From: a virus
Virus record (IMG/VR): IMGVR_UViG_3300022689_000474
Coordinates: 32,001-96,000 of that record
DNA: 64,000 nucleotides
Reading direction: 5' to 3' (one strand)
Within the stretch, counting starts at the first letter, position 1. Each line of letters opens with the position of its first letter. Both the position numbers and the translations under genes were made by a program. Below are positions 8,165-18,197 of the stretch, piece after piece. Below the pieces are notes generated by a model. That model saw only the letters and a list, made by a program, of their open reading frames with translations. It did not search any database and was not told the DNA's origin.

Positions 8165-9547
8165 ATGAGTGATAAGATACCTTTAGATTATAGAGAGAGT
8201 GATATAAAAACATTTCCTGCCACTAAAGATGTTAATCTACCTCCAGATCTTCGGGCCCCAAGATCTTTAGGTCAAAAAGGTAGGATATCATCTTATATAT
8301 CAAGGGATGGAGATATATTTACAAGTTGTGTAAGACCAAATTATAAATTATTAGCAGCATGGGATTCAGCTAGAAGAAAAGAACCAGTAATAAATAGAGG
8401 ATTAACTATAACTGTAAATAGTATAGTAGCTAAATTAGGAAGATATATACATCCTGATCCAGAAATAGAAGACTTCATATCGGAGAATTTAGAAGGGAAA
8501 ATAAAAAGAATATTATCAGAACTTGCAGATAGTTTAACTTGGAGTGGTTTTACTGTAGGTGAGAATATATATAAAGTAAGAAAGAATAAATATGGAGATA
8601 GACAAATATGGTTAGATGATATTATGGTATTTCATCCTCTAGAGCCATTATTTAAGTTAAATGCGAATGGTAGATTAACTCATGGAGAAAGAGTTCAACA
8701 TGATAGATATCTAACAGGAATATGGGTTCCATGTTCAAGTAAAATAAATAGATCAATAGGTCCATCTTTCTCTGGTAGTCATATTAGATTAGAAAGAAGT
8801 AAAGTAATTCATTGTAAGATGGGACCAGGTTCAGGTGTAAGTCCTTATGGATCATCATTAATAGAAAGTGTATTTAAATATCATATATATAAAGAATTAT
8901 TCTTAGATATGCAGGCAACGGCTTTAGATAGATATGGAAGTCCTTTAATATATATGAAAGTACCATATCAACAGACATCTGATGATTATGAAGAGCCAGA
9001 TGGAACTGTTAGAAAAAAATACTTTCATGAATATGCAGAAGAAAAGTTATCTGATTTAAGTAAACATCAAGTATTAATAATACCAACAATACCTGGTGGA
9101 GAATCAATTGAATTAGGTTCTTTAACAACTGGTAATAATTTTAGTTCTGCTTTCAATGATGCTATAGATTTATGTGATGATAATATCTTAATGGGTTTAG
9201 GTATACCTAATCTTATAACTAAAGATAAAAATAATGGATTAGGGAGTAGTGGGTCTGCAGAGAGACAAGTAGATATTTATCAGATGCATATAACTACTAT
9301 ATATGATAATTTGATAAATTCTTTATTACAGCATGTTATACATCCATTAATCTTATGGAACTTCAGTATATATAATAAACCATTAGCTAAAAAACCAGGT
9401 AGTTTTTTAGTAAGACCAAGTTTAATAACAGAGATGAAAACATATGTAGATGTAATAAGATTACTACATGAGACTAATAATCTAAAAGCTTCTGATATTG
9501 ATGTAATAAGAGATTTATTTAGATTACCGTATAATAAGCCCAAATAA
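8165..9547 (+). CDS. portal protein (DUF935 / Mu gp29-like)
   Basis: 460 aa; DSLTWSGFTVGENIY, PYGSSLIESVFK, LDRYGSPLIYMK, FNDAIDLCDDNILMGL, LLQHVIHPLILWNF fit DUF935 portals; position upstream of protease and capsid. Confidence 0.8.
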   Translation: MSDKIPLDYRESDIKTFPATKDVNLPPDLRAPRSLGQKGRISSYISRDGDIFTSCVRPNYKLLAAWDSARRKEPVINRGLTITVNSIVAKLGRYIHPDPEIEDFISENLEGKIKRILSELADSLTWSGFTVGENIYKVRKNKYGDRQIWLDDIMVFHPLEPLFKLNANGRLTHGERVQHDRYLTGIWVPCSSKINRSIGPSFSGSHIRLERSKVIHCKMGPGSGVSPYGSSLIESVFKYHIYKELFLDMQATALDRYGSPLIYMKVPYQQTSDDYEEPDGTVRKKYFHEYAEEKLSDLSKHQVLIIPTIPGGESIELGSLTTGNNFSSAFNDAIDLCDDNILMGLGIPNLITKDKNNGLGSSGSAERQVDIYQMHITTIYDNLINSLLQHVIHPLILWNFSIYNKPLAKKPGSFLVRPSLITEMKTYVDVIRLLHETNNLKASDIDVIRDLFRLPYNKPK

Positions 9548-9575
9548 TAAAAGTTCACTTAAACTATTTTATGAA

Positions 9576-10433
9576 ATGAACCATAAAAATATACCCCCGG
9601 ATGGGGTACATGCTCCATATTCATATATATATGAAAGTTCTATACAAAGGAACTCATCAACAGGTTTTATTGCAGAAGATATAGGTAAGTTAAGTTATCA
9701 ATTAGATAATGGAGAGATATATGTATTAATAGATACAAGACCAACATGGATAAAGATTTTAAGTGAAGGAGATAGAACTTTACCAACTGGTCCGGCTGGA
9801 GGTCATCTTACTGGAACATTTCCAAATCCGTTAGTACATCATGATTCTCATAATCATACTCCTGGGATTTCAATACCAGCGTATCCAGAAAGTTTAACTC
9901 CATCTGGTTTTGCTGGAGGAGATTTAACAGGATCTTACCCAAATCCTTTATTAAAGTTAAGTGGTGTTATAGCAGGAACTTATACAGCACCATCTATTAC
10001 AGTAAATGATAAAGGTTTAATAACAAGTGTTGTAGGAAGTGATAATGTAGCTTTAAAAAGTGGAGCTAATTTTACTGGTGATATTCAAGTACCAAGTATA
10101 ACTATTAATGAAGGGATAAATCTAGATGGCGATTTCAAATCTAATATAATATGGAGGACTACAGGGGGAAGTTGGACTCCTAGAGCAGAAAGAGGAATGA
10201 ATCAAATGCATACATTGACCTCCAACGGAACATTAATGCCAATAAATGGTGCATCAAGTGGTCATATATTTAATTTAATAATAAAACAGGATTCCGTTGG
10301 AGGAAGAGTATTAAATTATGGGTCAGGGTACACAATAAATGGAAGTATAAAATCAACTGCTTATTCTTATTCCTGGATACAAGTTTTAGTAGTTGATCCT
10401 AGTACATTTCTAGGAAATATCATCCAATTCTAA
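9576..10433 (+). CDS. short fibre / virion appendage protein
   Basis: Two AGG(H/D)LTG(T/S)(F/Y)PNP repeats, AGTYTAPSITVNDKGLITSV fibre motif and a C-terminal LIIKQDSVGGRVL beta domain seen in phage fibres. Confidence 0.6.
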   Translation: MNHKNIPPDGVHAPYSYIYESSIQRNSSTGFIAEDIGKLSYQLDNGEIYVLIDTRPTWIKILSEGDRTLPTGPAGGHLTGTFPNPLVHHDSHNHTPGISIPAYPESLTPSGFAGGDLTGSYPNPLLKLSGVIAGTYTAPSITVNDKGLITSVVGSDNVALKSGANFTGDIQVPSITINEGINLDGDFKSNIIWRTTGGSWTPRAERGMNQMHTLTSNGTLMPINGASSGHIFNLIIKQDSVGGRVLNYGSGYTINGSIKSTAYSYSWIQVLVVDPSTFLGNIIQF

Positions 10434-10838
10434 GATATAATCCTCTATCTGTAATTTTCCTTCTAAAATCAATTTCCCATATAACATTAGAATATGTTTA
10501 CAATCTTCTTGTTTATAAGTATATCTAGGGCAGGTACATGAGAAAGATTTATTATCCTCTAATAATTCAAGAGTATATATATTCTTATTACTAGAACATA
10601 TCCAAATATTTTCTAATTGTTTACTTTCCTTTATTTCGTATCCATTAATTTCCATCCATTTATATATCTTCTTAAGAGCTTCACTTAAATCTATTTTTTG
10701 CATATTGAATACTTTTTTACCTGATTTCCAACTTATAGTAGTATTATCTATATCCAAAGAAGGTTTATTAAGTTTTTCAAATAAGTACAAACAACATTGA
10801 ATTTTGAGATAGAAAGAAAGAATGGATTCTTTTTTCAT
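10410..10838 (-). CDS. SWIM zinc-finger protein
   Basis: YTLEL...FSCTCPRYTYKQEDCKHILML = CxC...CxH SWIM motif. Confidence 0.8.
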   Translation of the reverse strand: MKKESILSFYLKIQCCLYLFEKLNKPSLDIDNTTISWKSGKKVFNMQKIDLSEALKKIYKWMEINGYEIKESKQLENIWICSSNKNIYTLELLEDNKSFSCTCPRYTYKQEDCKHILMLYGKLILEGKLQIEDYILELDDIS

Positions 10839-10855
10839 AACTAATCACCGTATAA

Positions 10856-12493
10856 ATGAATTTATTACAGATTAATGATAAGACTGTGGAAGGTAAACGA
10901 GGTATATTAAAAGTACCTCTAGTCAGAGTGGGTAAATGGGCTCATAAGGCAGCAAAGGTAATACAGTTTACCATATCAGACCTAAATCAGATAATAAAGA
11001 ATTTTAGGGATAATATCTTACAACATAAACCGTATTTAACATATGGACATGTAATAGAACCATACTCCTATGATTCACATAGGAAAAAGGGGGATTTAAT
11101 TGATATGAATATAGATGGAGATATCTTATATGGATATTTCAAGGCCAACCCTTCTACTTATGAAAGTGTATTAAATGGAGATTATGAATTCGCTTCTGTT
11201 GAATATGTAAAAGATTATATGGACCCAAAAACGGGTAATAATGTAGGTATGGTATTATTAAGGACAGCATTAACGAATTCTCCTTTTTTACCAGGAGATA
11301 TAAAAATCGAAGCATTATCCCAAAATCCTTCAATAGATAGATTATTTACGACTATTCCAATAGCAAGTAAAAATAATATAAATATTATGACAGATTCTAC
11401 CACTCAGAATTTATCAAATACTGCTACTTTAGAAAGGGGAGAAACTGAAGTAGCTCCTAATAACAATAATAATAATTCTCCTAATATAGAAAATGGGGAG
11501 AATCAATATACTCCTAATTCTATCAGTGAGACATCAGTAGAGAGTAAAGGGGAGAATCAAATACAAGATTCAAATGTTGCCCCTAAAGAACCAAGTATAG
11601 ATATAGCATCATTAAAAGAAGAGATAAGCCAACTTAAAAAGCAATGGATAGAAGCTCAAGAGTTGACGAAGAAGATATTAGAACAACAGAAGGAAATAAA
11701 TGAAAGAGCTCTGGCTCAAACAGTAAAACAAGAGAATAATGAAAAGGAGATAGTAGAGTCAAATAAAGAGGTTGAAGAAGAGAATAAAGAGAAAGAAAAT
11801 AAGGCTAAAGAAAATGATAAGGAAGGAACTAACGAAATAGAACCAGAAGGAGAAGTTAAAGCTTCTCAAGAGGTAAATCAGTCAACTAATAAAGAAAAGA
11901 AAGATGATACTACCCCTATGAATCTAAATACTGAATTAAATAAATATGTTAATAGTAACTCTGGTCCTTTAGATATAAAAGGATTAGTTCAAAGTATTCG
12001 TGATAGAGTCAGTTCTGCATATACCGCTCAGCTTCAAGATTCTCAAGCTATGGTACAGACTCTTCAACAGCAATTAAATGATATTAAAAATCAGGCTGAA
12101 GAAGAAAGGAAACAGAGAGATGCATATGCTCTTTCCCTTCAAGAGGCTCAAAATCAAGCTTTCTTAGCGAGTACTGATTTAACCAGAGATCATCTTATTG
12201 GTAATGGAGTTCCTCCAGAGTTGGCAAATCAGTTTATCCAAGTACAATCAGGTTTATTAACCCAACAGAGTAAGATAAATTTATCATTAGATGGACAGGA
12301 ACCTAAAGAATTAGATATTACAGAAGCCCTTTGTGAATTATTCATTAGAGCGGTCTCTTGTAATCCCGTGAATCTATCTGTTTCAGGTCAATCTACTTTT
12401 AGTGGAGGGACTTATGATCCTACCGGTAGAACTCAAAGAATCCGACAGGTTATCGAAAGGAATAGAAAAAGAGCTCAAGAATTGTATAAATAA
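10856..12493 (+). CDS. prohead protease-scaffold (Mu gpI-like protease + acidic/coiled-coil scaffold)
   Basis: GKWAH...IIKNF...YGH...YEFASVEY...DPKTGNNVGMVLLRTALTNSPFL matches the Mu-like protease I family; followed by E/K/N-rich and coiled-coil regions. Confidence 0.8.
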   Translation: MNLLQINDKTVEGKRGILKVPLVRVGKWAHKAAKVIQFTISDLNQIIKNFRDNILQHKPYLTYGHVIEPYSYDSHRKKGDLIDMNIDGDILYGYFKANPSTYESVLNGDYEFASVEYVKDYMDPKTGNNVGMVLLRTALTNSPFLPGDIKIEALSQNPSIDRLFTTIPIASKNNINIMTDSTTQNLSNTATLERGETEVAPNNNNNNSPNIENGENQYTPNSISETSVESKGENQIQDSNVAPKEPSIDIASLKEEISQLKKQWIEAQELTKKILEQQKEINERALAQTVKQENNEKEIVESNKEVEEENKEKENKAKENDKEGTNEIEPEGEVKASQEVNQSTNKEKKDDTTPMNLNTELNKYVNSNSGPLDIKGLVQSIRDRVSSAYTAQLQDSQAMVQTLQQQLNDIKNQAEEERKQRDAYALSLQEAQNQAFLASTDLTRDHLIGNGVPPELANQFIQVQSGLLTQQSKINLSLDGQEPKELDITEALCELFIRAVSCNPVNLSVSGQSTFSGGTYDPTGRTQRIRQVIERNRKRAQELYK

Positions 12494-12539
12494 TTTATTT
12501 AAAGTTTAATATAACTTCTTTTATTTTTAGTATAATACT

Positions 12540-13808
12540 ATGCATAATAACACTAATTTTAGTCCTTATATTTCACCTTTTCAGCCTACGACAAGTGATT
12601 TATATCCTGCGGAACCTATTTATACCGAACTGGCACGATCCTTTTCTAATATAGTAGGAGTTACTCCTCTTACAGAGATGTTTCCGGTAGAAGAAATTCC
12701 TCAAAGGATTGTCATAATGGATATTAGCTTTGAGAATATTCCTACAATCATGCCCCTTGTGGATTGGGCAAAACCAGATGTAATTACAGGATATAATGCT
12801 GGAAGATCAGAAAGAAGAGTTATTACTCCTCTGGCAATTAGAGAAAGTAAATTTATTTCATATGGTCAATTGAATACTAGGATTCGTCCTGGTACTTTAA
12901 GTGAATTTGCTGATCCAGATCAAATCATTGAACAAACTATAAGAGATCTAGTCACTTCTCATAACCTGACTTGGGATGTTTATAGAGGTATGATGTTAAT
13001 GGGTGGTATTAGTTATACTGATCCTCGTACTGGTGCTTCTATTGATGTTACTTCTGGAATTCCTATTCATAATCAATGGTCTTATGATACTACTGAAGGT
13101 TATAGAGGTAGAAATGAATCTTCACTATTCTTAAGAATGGATGATGCTAACTCTCTTAATAGTTTAACTCAAGGGACTCCTTGGACAGATCCGAATGCGG
13201 ATATTATAGGTACTATGATGAAAATCTCTAGTTGGTTTAGAACTACTAATAAGTCTAGAGTTACCCGTATTGCTATGAGTTCTTCTTTGGCCCATATCTT
13301 AATGTTTAATAATCAAGTTAAACACTTTATGGGTATGCCGGTCTTTAATCTGTTTCCTAATCAAGTTGTAGATGGAGCTCCCCAAAATATTAATAATACA
13401 ATGATGAACTTTACTGTGGGTTCAGAAGGTCTACAAAGTATAGCAGGCATTCCTATTACTACTATAGAAACTATCTATAAAGATCCTGTTACGAATACAG
13501 CTCGTTCTGTTTTCCCGAAGAATAGAATAGTTCTTCTATCTGAAGTTGATGCTCTAAATAATAGAGAAGCTCCTGGTCGTACTCAATATTGTATATCTGA
13601 GAATGAAGATAGTAGCCCGGGTATGTGGACTCGTACAGTAGATCATACTCTACCCCCTCAAGCTCCTGGATTATATATTCAGTTAGGTAATGCAGGTATG
13701 CCTTATCTTAAATTCCCCTTCCGTGTAGCTCATATGGTTGTGGGTAGTCCGAATGATATCAATAAGAGATTGGGTGTTGTAGGTGATTATCAGTTTGGTA
13801 TGCCTTAA
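12540..13808 (+). CDS. major capsid protein (Phage_cap_E-like, HK97 fold)
   Basis: 422 aa after the protease; LTEMFP, PLVDWAKP, TPLAIRESKFI, PWTDPNADIIG, IAMSS, VFPKNRIVLL, PGMWTR, GMPYLKFP motifs of lambda-E-like capsid proteins. Confidence 0.85.
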   Translation: MHNNTNFSPYISPFQPTTSDLYPAEPIYTELARSFSNIVGVTPLTEMFPVEEIPQRIVIMDISFENIPTIMPLVDWAKPDVITGYNAGRSERRVITPLAIRESKFISYGQLNTRIRPGTLSEFADPDQIIEQTIRDLVTSHNLTWDVYRGMMLMGGISYTDPRTGASIDVTSGIPIHNQWSYDTTEGYRGRNESSLFLRMDDANSLNSLTQGTPWTDPNADIIGTMMKISSWFRTTNKSRVTRIAMSSSLAHILMFNNQVKHFMGMPVFNLFPNQVVDGAPQNINNTMMNFTVGSEGLQSIAGIPITTIETIYKDPVTNTARSVFPKNRIVLLSEVDALNNREAPGRTQYCISENEDSSPGMWTRTVDHTLPPQAPGLYIQLGNAGMPYLKFPFRVAHMVVGSPNDINKRLGVVGDYQFGMP

Positions 13809-13933
13809 GGTCCAAGTTAAATAAATAAATAATTGTTGATATTTTATTAATGTTGATGAATTATTCTTATATTAGTTAAGTAGTAATTTTATCTTTAATC
13901 AAATTTATAATTAGTTTTCATAGGTAATAAATT

Positions 13934-15484
13934 ATGCCATCATTAAGTCACAATACAGAATTTTTGATGCGACATGCTAGAACTCTAGGTACTATTAGAA
14001 CTTATGTTCCTGGGGGAGTGGCAATCGCACCTGATGCAGTTATTCTTCATGATACTGCTTCTTTAGATATTGCTATAGGTGGTGTCTACGATACTGCCCG
14101 GTTAGATCCTGCTAATCGAGCTGCATGGGAAGCTCAATTAGCTGCTTATGTGCCTCCTGCTACAGCTCATATTATTTCATTTTTAGGAGGAGTAATGGAG
14201 TTTGGTGCTAGAGAATATACTCTGGATTCTGGTCCCATGATAAATGCAGGAGATACTTTTCATTCTCAAGCTATTGATTTAGAAGAAATCTGGGATCTCC
14301 TTTCTACTGGTAGTTATGTACTTGCTGCTGTTCCGGATTATGGAGAACCTAAGTTACCCGCAGAAGCAACTGCATTGGGATTAGATTATTATATTACTAG
14401 AGATGGTAATGGTGAATTTACACTTCAATATGCTGAAGATCCTTTTGTAGCTAATGAAGTTGCTAAAGCTGGTGGTTACTCTAGACTACAATCTTTAATG
14501 CTTAATGGTACTGCGACTCCTATCCAAAGACAAGCATTATATAGAATAGCTAACTCTAGAGTTATGATGGATATATGTATTAAAGGAGTTAGATATATAT
14601 TACAGAAAGTAGCTGATGCTCCTCTTTGTTGTAATGGAGGTGTTAATTACTCCTTAGATACTATTAGGTTCATGAGTAATACCTCTATGGAAGTACCTGG
14701 TGCTCCCTTTACTACAACTTTACAAGATGGTACTAATGCTTTTGGTTTGACAGCTGACTTTGGAGGTCTCATAGATGGTGTTTATCCTATAGCTACTTTC
14801 TTTGCTGGTGCCCCTGTTTCTCCTAATGTTACCTTAATACCGGGTGAACCTGTTGCTACAGTTGCTAATGCTAATATCTCTTATATAAGAGGTGTGGGTC
14901 CTGATTTTGGTCCTCCTGATGTCGCTGAAGGTGATCCTAGTAATGGTCCTGGTAGTGAATTGGGATATCTTAAAGGAATTACTTTCTATGAAACCCAAAG
15001 GGATGCAGAGTTAAGAATTAATGGTAGAACATTGGTTGAACCTCAATCTTATGAAGAGATTGAAGCATTTATGGCTTACTTGATGCAATCTCCAGGAGAT
15101 GATCCTTGTAATGTTTGTATGGGTCTTGGTTGGGAAACAGTAGCATTTGCTACGGCAAGTTTCTTTGATCTTTCTAATGCTTGTTCTGCACCCCAATCAG
15201 CTCAAGGTATTCATCCTCTAGATTTAGGTTTCTTTACTGCTAATAATGTTACTTCTTTTGGTCCGGATATTGAATGGTTAGGTAGAGTTAATCCTATCTA
15301 TTCTCAAGGTAGTAATATTCCTATATATGCTCCTTCTGTTGGTGGATCTGCCTTACATATGCATGCTAATCCAGTTCCTTTAATAAGATTTGATATCTTA
15401 GTTGATCCAGCAGCAGTAGCTCCTGTTCCTCATGTAACAATATTACCTGAGAGTGTAACGAGAAGCTATAGAGTTCTTCCGTAA
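13934..15484 (+). CDS. putative abundant capsid-associated structural protein
   Basis: 516 aa, A/G/P-rich, GCT/GGT/CCT codon use like the capsid and sheath genes, AGGT Shine-Dalgarno; no family recognised. Confidence 0.55.
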   Translation: MPSLSHNTEFLMRHARTLGTIRTYVPGGVAIAPDAVILHDTASLDIAIGGVYDTARLDPANRAAWEAQLAAYVPPATAHIISFLGGVMEFGAREYTLDSGPMINAGDTFHSQAIDLEEIWDLLSTGSYVLAAVPDYGEPKLPAEATALGLDYYITRDGNGEFTLQYAEDPFVANEVAKAGGYSRLQSLMLNGTATPIQRQALYRIANSRVMMDICIKGVRYILQKVADAPLCCNGGVNYSLDTIRFMSNTSMEVPGAPFTTTLQDGTNAFGLTADFGGLIDGVYPIATFFAGAPVSPNVTLIPGEPVATVANANISYIRGVGPDFGPPDVAEGDPSNGPGSELGYLKGITFYETQRDAELRINGRTLVEPQSYEEIEAFMAYLMQSPGDDPCNVCMGLGWETVAFATASFFDLSNACSAPQSAQGIHPLDLGFFTANNVTSFGPDIEWLGRVNPIYSQGSNIPIYAPSVGGSALHMHANPVPLIRFDILVDPAAVAPVPHVTILPESVTRSYRVLP

Positions 15485-15526
15485 TAAGAATTGTTGGATT
15501 TGGATTTATGAATTAATTGTATTGAG

Positions 15527-15561
15527 TTTTATTATCCGACTGAATAAGTCGGATAATAAAA
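15527..15561. other. perfect 15-bp inverted repeat (stem-loop)
   Basis: TTTTATTATCCGACT-GAATA-AGTCGGATAATAAAA; intergenic; followed by As rather than Us on both strands. Confidence 0.75.
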
Positions 15562-15596
15562 AAGTAATAGTAAAATAAATAAATTGAGTAATTTAT

Positions 15597-16319
15597 ATGG
15601 CTTCTAGTAAAATAATTGTAAATATACAAACTCCTTTCAGACATGGGAATAGATTACTCCCTAGAGGACAACAAATGGTCTATTCTATATCTAATGATAA
15701 AGATATGAAGGATTTATTCAATCTTATGAATAATCCTATGTCTAAAAATGGAGTATATCTGGGTGAAGCTGATAGAAAGTTATATGATAAATATGTGAGG
15801 GAAAAATATGATAGGTTTGGAAATTCTGCTTTTAAAGAAAGTGTTGAAATGAATACATCTTATTTACAACCTCCTGAAGAACCAGTAGAGTCCCCCTATT
15901 TAAATGCTGTCTCTTTATCTAAAAAAGGAGATCAATACCCTAAGAATGATTCACAACAAAATGTAGAAAAGAGTATTACTACACTATTAGCTGAATCTGA
16001 AACTAGAGATAAATCAGAATACGTTAAAGAAGATTTAGTTGAACAAGAACATATTGAAACTGTCAGTGTGGAAGATGAAGATAATACAGATAATTCTATA
16101 AATGTAGAAGATCTTAAAAGAGAATTTGAGGAAAGATATGATCATTTAGTTAGTGCTCATTATACTAAGATCCAAGATAGAGCTAAAGAGTTGAATATTG
16201 AATATACAGTTAAAGATGATACTATTCTAGAAATACTTGAAGCTGAATTCTTGGAGAGTGCTGTTAATTTTGGTATAGAAGAGACTTTAGACGAACTTTT
16301 AAAATCAAAGAATAAATAA
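15597..16319 (+). CDS. hypothetical head-module protein (small N-domain, acidic linker, helical C-domain)
   Basis: 240 aa between capsid and neck genes; KIQDRAKELNIEYTVKDDTILEIL resembles a Rho-N/HeH-like helical motif. Confidence 0.55.
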   Translation: MASSKIIVNIQTPFRHGNRLLPRGQQMVYSISNDKDMKDLFNLMNNPMSKNGVYLGEADRKLYDKYVREKYDRFGNSAFKESVEMNTSYLQPPEEPVESPYLNAVSLSKKGDQYPKNDSQQNVEKSITTLLAESETRDKSEYVKEDLVEQEHIETVSVEDEDNTDNSINVEDLKREFEERYDHLVSAHYTKIQDRAKELNIEYTVKDDTILEILEAEFLESAVNFGIEETLDELLKSKNK

Positions 16320-16337
16320 AATCTATAGTTATCCTTC

Positions 16338-18197
16338 GTGAATAATATGGACTTAATAACTAAGGATACAGAATTATTGGGAATCGTTACAGATGAATCT
16401 TTTATATCATCGGTCAGAAGGGCCTCTATCCTAGGAAGTGATGGAGGTCTATTTTCTGATGATGATATTATTAAAATAGCTTTATATGATGCATATCCTA
16501 GAATCTTAATGAGAATATCTCTTACTAGAGATAAAGATAATAATCCTTTATTTAAAGGAATAGGGGTAAAGAAAACAGATTATAGTTTACAGTTTATAAA
16601 ATCATTAGAGATATTAAAATCTCCACCTTATAGTTTTGGTCTTAAAAGAGTTGCTATTTCTTTAACTGCTAGTTATTTAATAAAAAGTTTACCTCTTAAT
16701 GCTGATCTTAAATTCTTTGACTTGGGAGAAAGTTTAGAGAAAAGTGCTATATCAGATTTGGAACAATTAATTGGTGTATTGATAGATGATCAATCTATTA
16801 TTGATCTTATTAATAACGATTCTTCTTTAGATAATAAGATTTTCTTATCCTCTAAAGTTCCTTATAAAGCTTTATTCTTTTCTTATTCAATAGATCTTGG
16901 TTCTATACCACCTGATAGTTTTGATTTAGTGGAAGAAGATATAGCTCTGTATGAAGGAGTATCTCTTCATACCTCTTTAAATATTCCTCAGAATTACTCT
17001 GGAGTTTGTTATATCAATATGAGTTATACTGGTTCTGATAAGTTTATAAAAGAAGCTTTTATTATTGATCCTCAATGGTCTCTTATTGATATATGTAATC
17101 TACTTACAGAAGTTATTAATGAGTTTAATGTAGATGTAAATTCAAATGTAATTGCATCTCTTAATATTAGTAAAGAACAGGTAAATGAAGTTACTTATTC
17201 TAAAGCAGAATTGTATCCAGACTCCACTACTAATAGAGAGAAAAAGTTATTATTTACTATTTATCCAAGAGTTCATGTTATTGAACTTAGTACCCTTAAT
17301 CTTTCTAGTATTCGTAATAGAGAGGTTATACATGTCGACCTTAGAACTATAAATAATAATTTACTCCCCGAAGTATTAGATTCTACTATATTGAATACAT
17401 TAAGACCTCTTACTTCTAAAGGTATAGATGGTATTTATTTTGGAGTTATAAATAATTATTACGCTTTAACTAAAGAAGGACCTCACTCTCTAATAGTAGA
17501 AGTAGATAAAGGAGATATTATATCTACTCAAGATTCCAGTGAAGTACCTATTAATAATAAAGTTAATAATAAGGATCTTATTATAGATACTTTTTATTTC
17601 AGAATACCAAGTAATTTAACTTTAGTACAAGGTCTTATGGTAGTTAGAGTAAGTACTTCTCCTAATATAACTTCTATTAAAGAATGGATAATAAATATAC
17701 CTTCTGGTACTAACGCAGATGAAATAGCTAAGATCTTTCATATGTCATTCTACGATAAAGAATATATTACAGAAGTATTAGGAAGTTTGGCACATTCTAA
17801 TGCAGTTCAAATGGTATCTTTTATAAAAACTAGGGAGGTTGTAAGGATTATTGTAGATATATTAGAAGTACCTCTAGGAGTAGAAGTAGCTACAGGTAAT
17901 AATATTAATAATATAACTCCTTATAAACCTGGCCATAGATCTATAAATATACCAAGTGTACCCAAAGATAAAGAAGATTTACAGAGTATAGAAGAATCAA
18001 ATTATAATAAACCCAAGAAATTAAATATTGGTAAAAGTAGTCCTCCTTCTATATCTCCTCAACTTCAAGCTGTTAGGAAAAAATTAGAAGAATTAGATAA
18101 ATGTAATTATCCAAATTATGGAAAATGCCTCCCATACCCCTCAATCATCAGGGCCGGAAGATTCGGATGGTGCTGTCCCGAGGATTATACAGAGTAG
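16338..18197 (+). CDS. putative head-tail adaptor with long C-terminal extension
   Basis: N-terminal helical part (DDDIIKIALYDA...LKRVAISLTASYL...LEKSAISDLEQL) resembles Mu gp36/HK97 gp6-type adaptors; true start may be ATG 16347. Confidence 0.5.
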   Translation: MNNMDLITKDTELLGIVTDESFISSVRRASILGSDGGLFSDDDIIKIALYDAYPRILMRISLTRDKDNNPLFKGIGVKKTDYSLQFIKSLEILKSPPYSFGLKRVAISLTASYLIKSLPLNADLKFFDLGESLEKSAISDLEQLIGVLIDDQSIIDLINNDSSLDNKIFLSSKVPYKALFFSYSIDLGSIPPDSFDLVEEDIALYEGVSLHTSLNIPQNYSGVCYINMSYTGSDKFIKEAFIIDPQWSLIDICNLLTEVINEFNVDVNSNVIASLNISKEQVNEVTYSKAELYPDSTTNREKKLLFTIYPRVHVIELSTLNLSSIRNREVIHVDLRTINNNLLPEVLDSTILNTLRPLTSKGIDGIYFGVINNYYALTKEGPHSLIVEVDKGDIISTQDSSEVPINNKVNNKDLIIDTFYFRIPSNLTLVQGLMVVRVSTSPNITSIKEWIINIPSGTNADEIAKIFHMSFYDKEYITEVLGSLAHSNAVQMVSFIKTREVVRIIVDILEVPLGVEVATGNNINNITPYKPGHRSINIPSVPKDKEDLQSIEESNYNKPKKLNIGKSSPPSISPQLQAVRKKLEELDKCNYPNYGKCLPYPSIIRAGRFGWCCPEDYTE

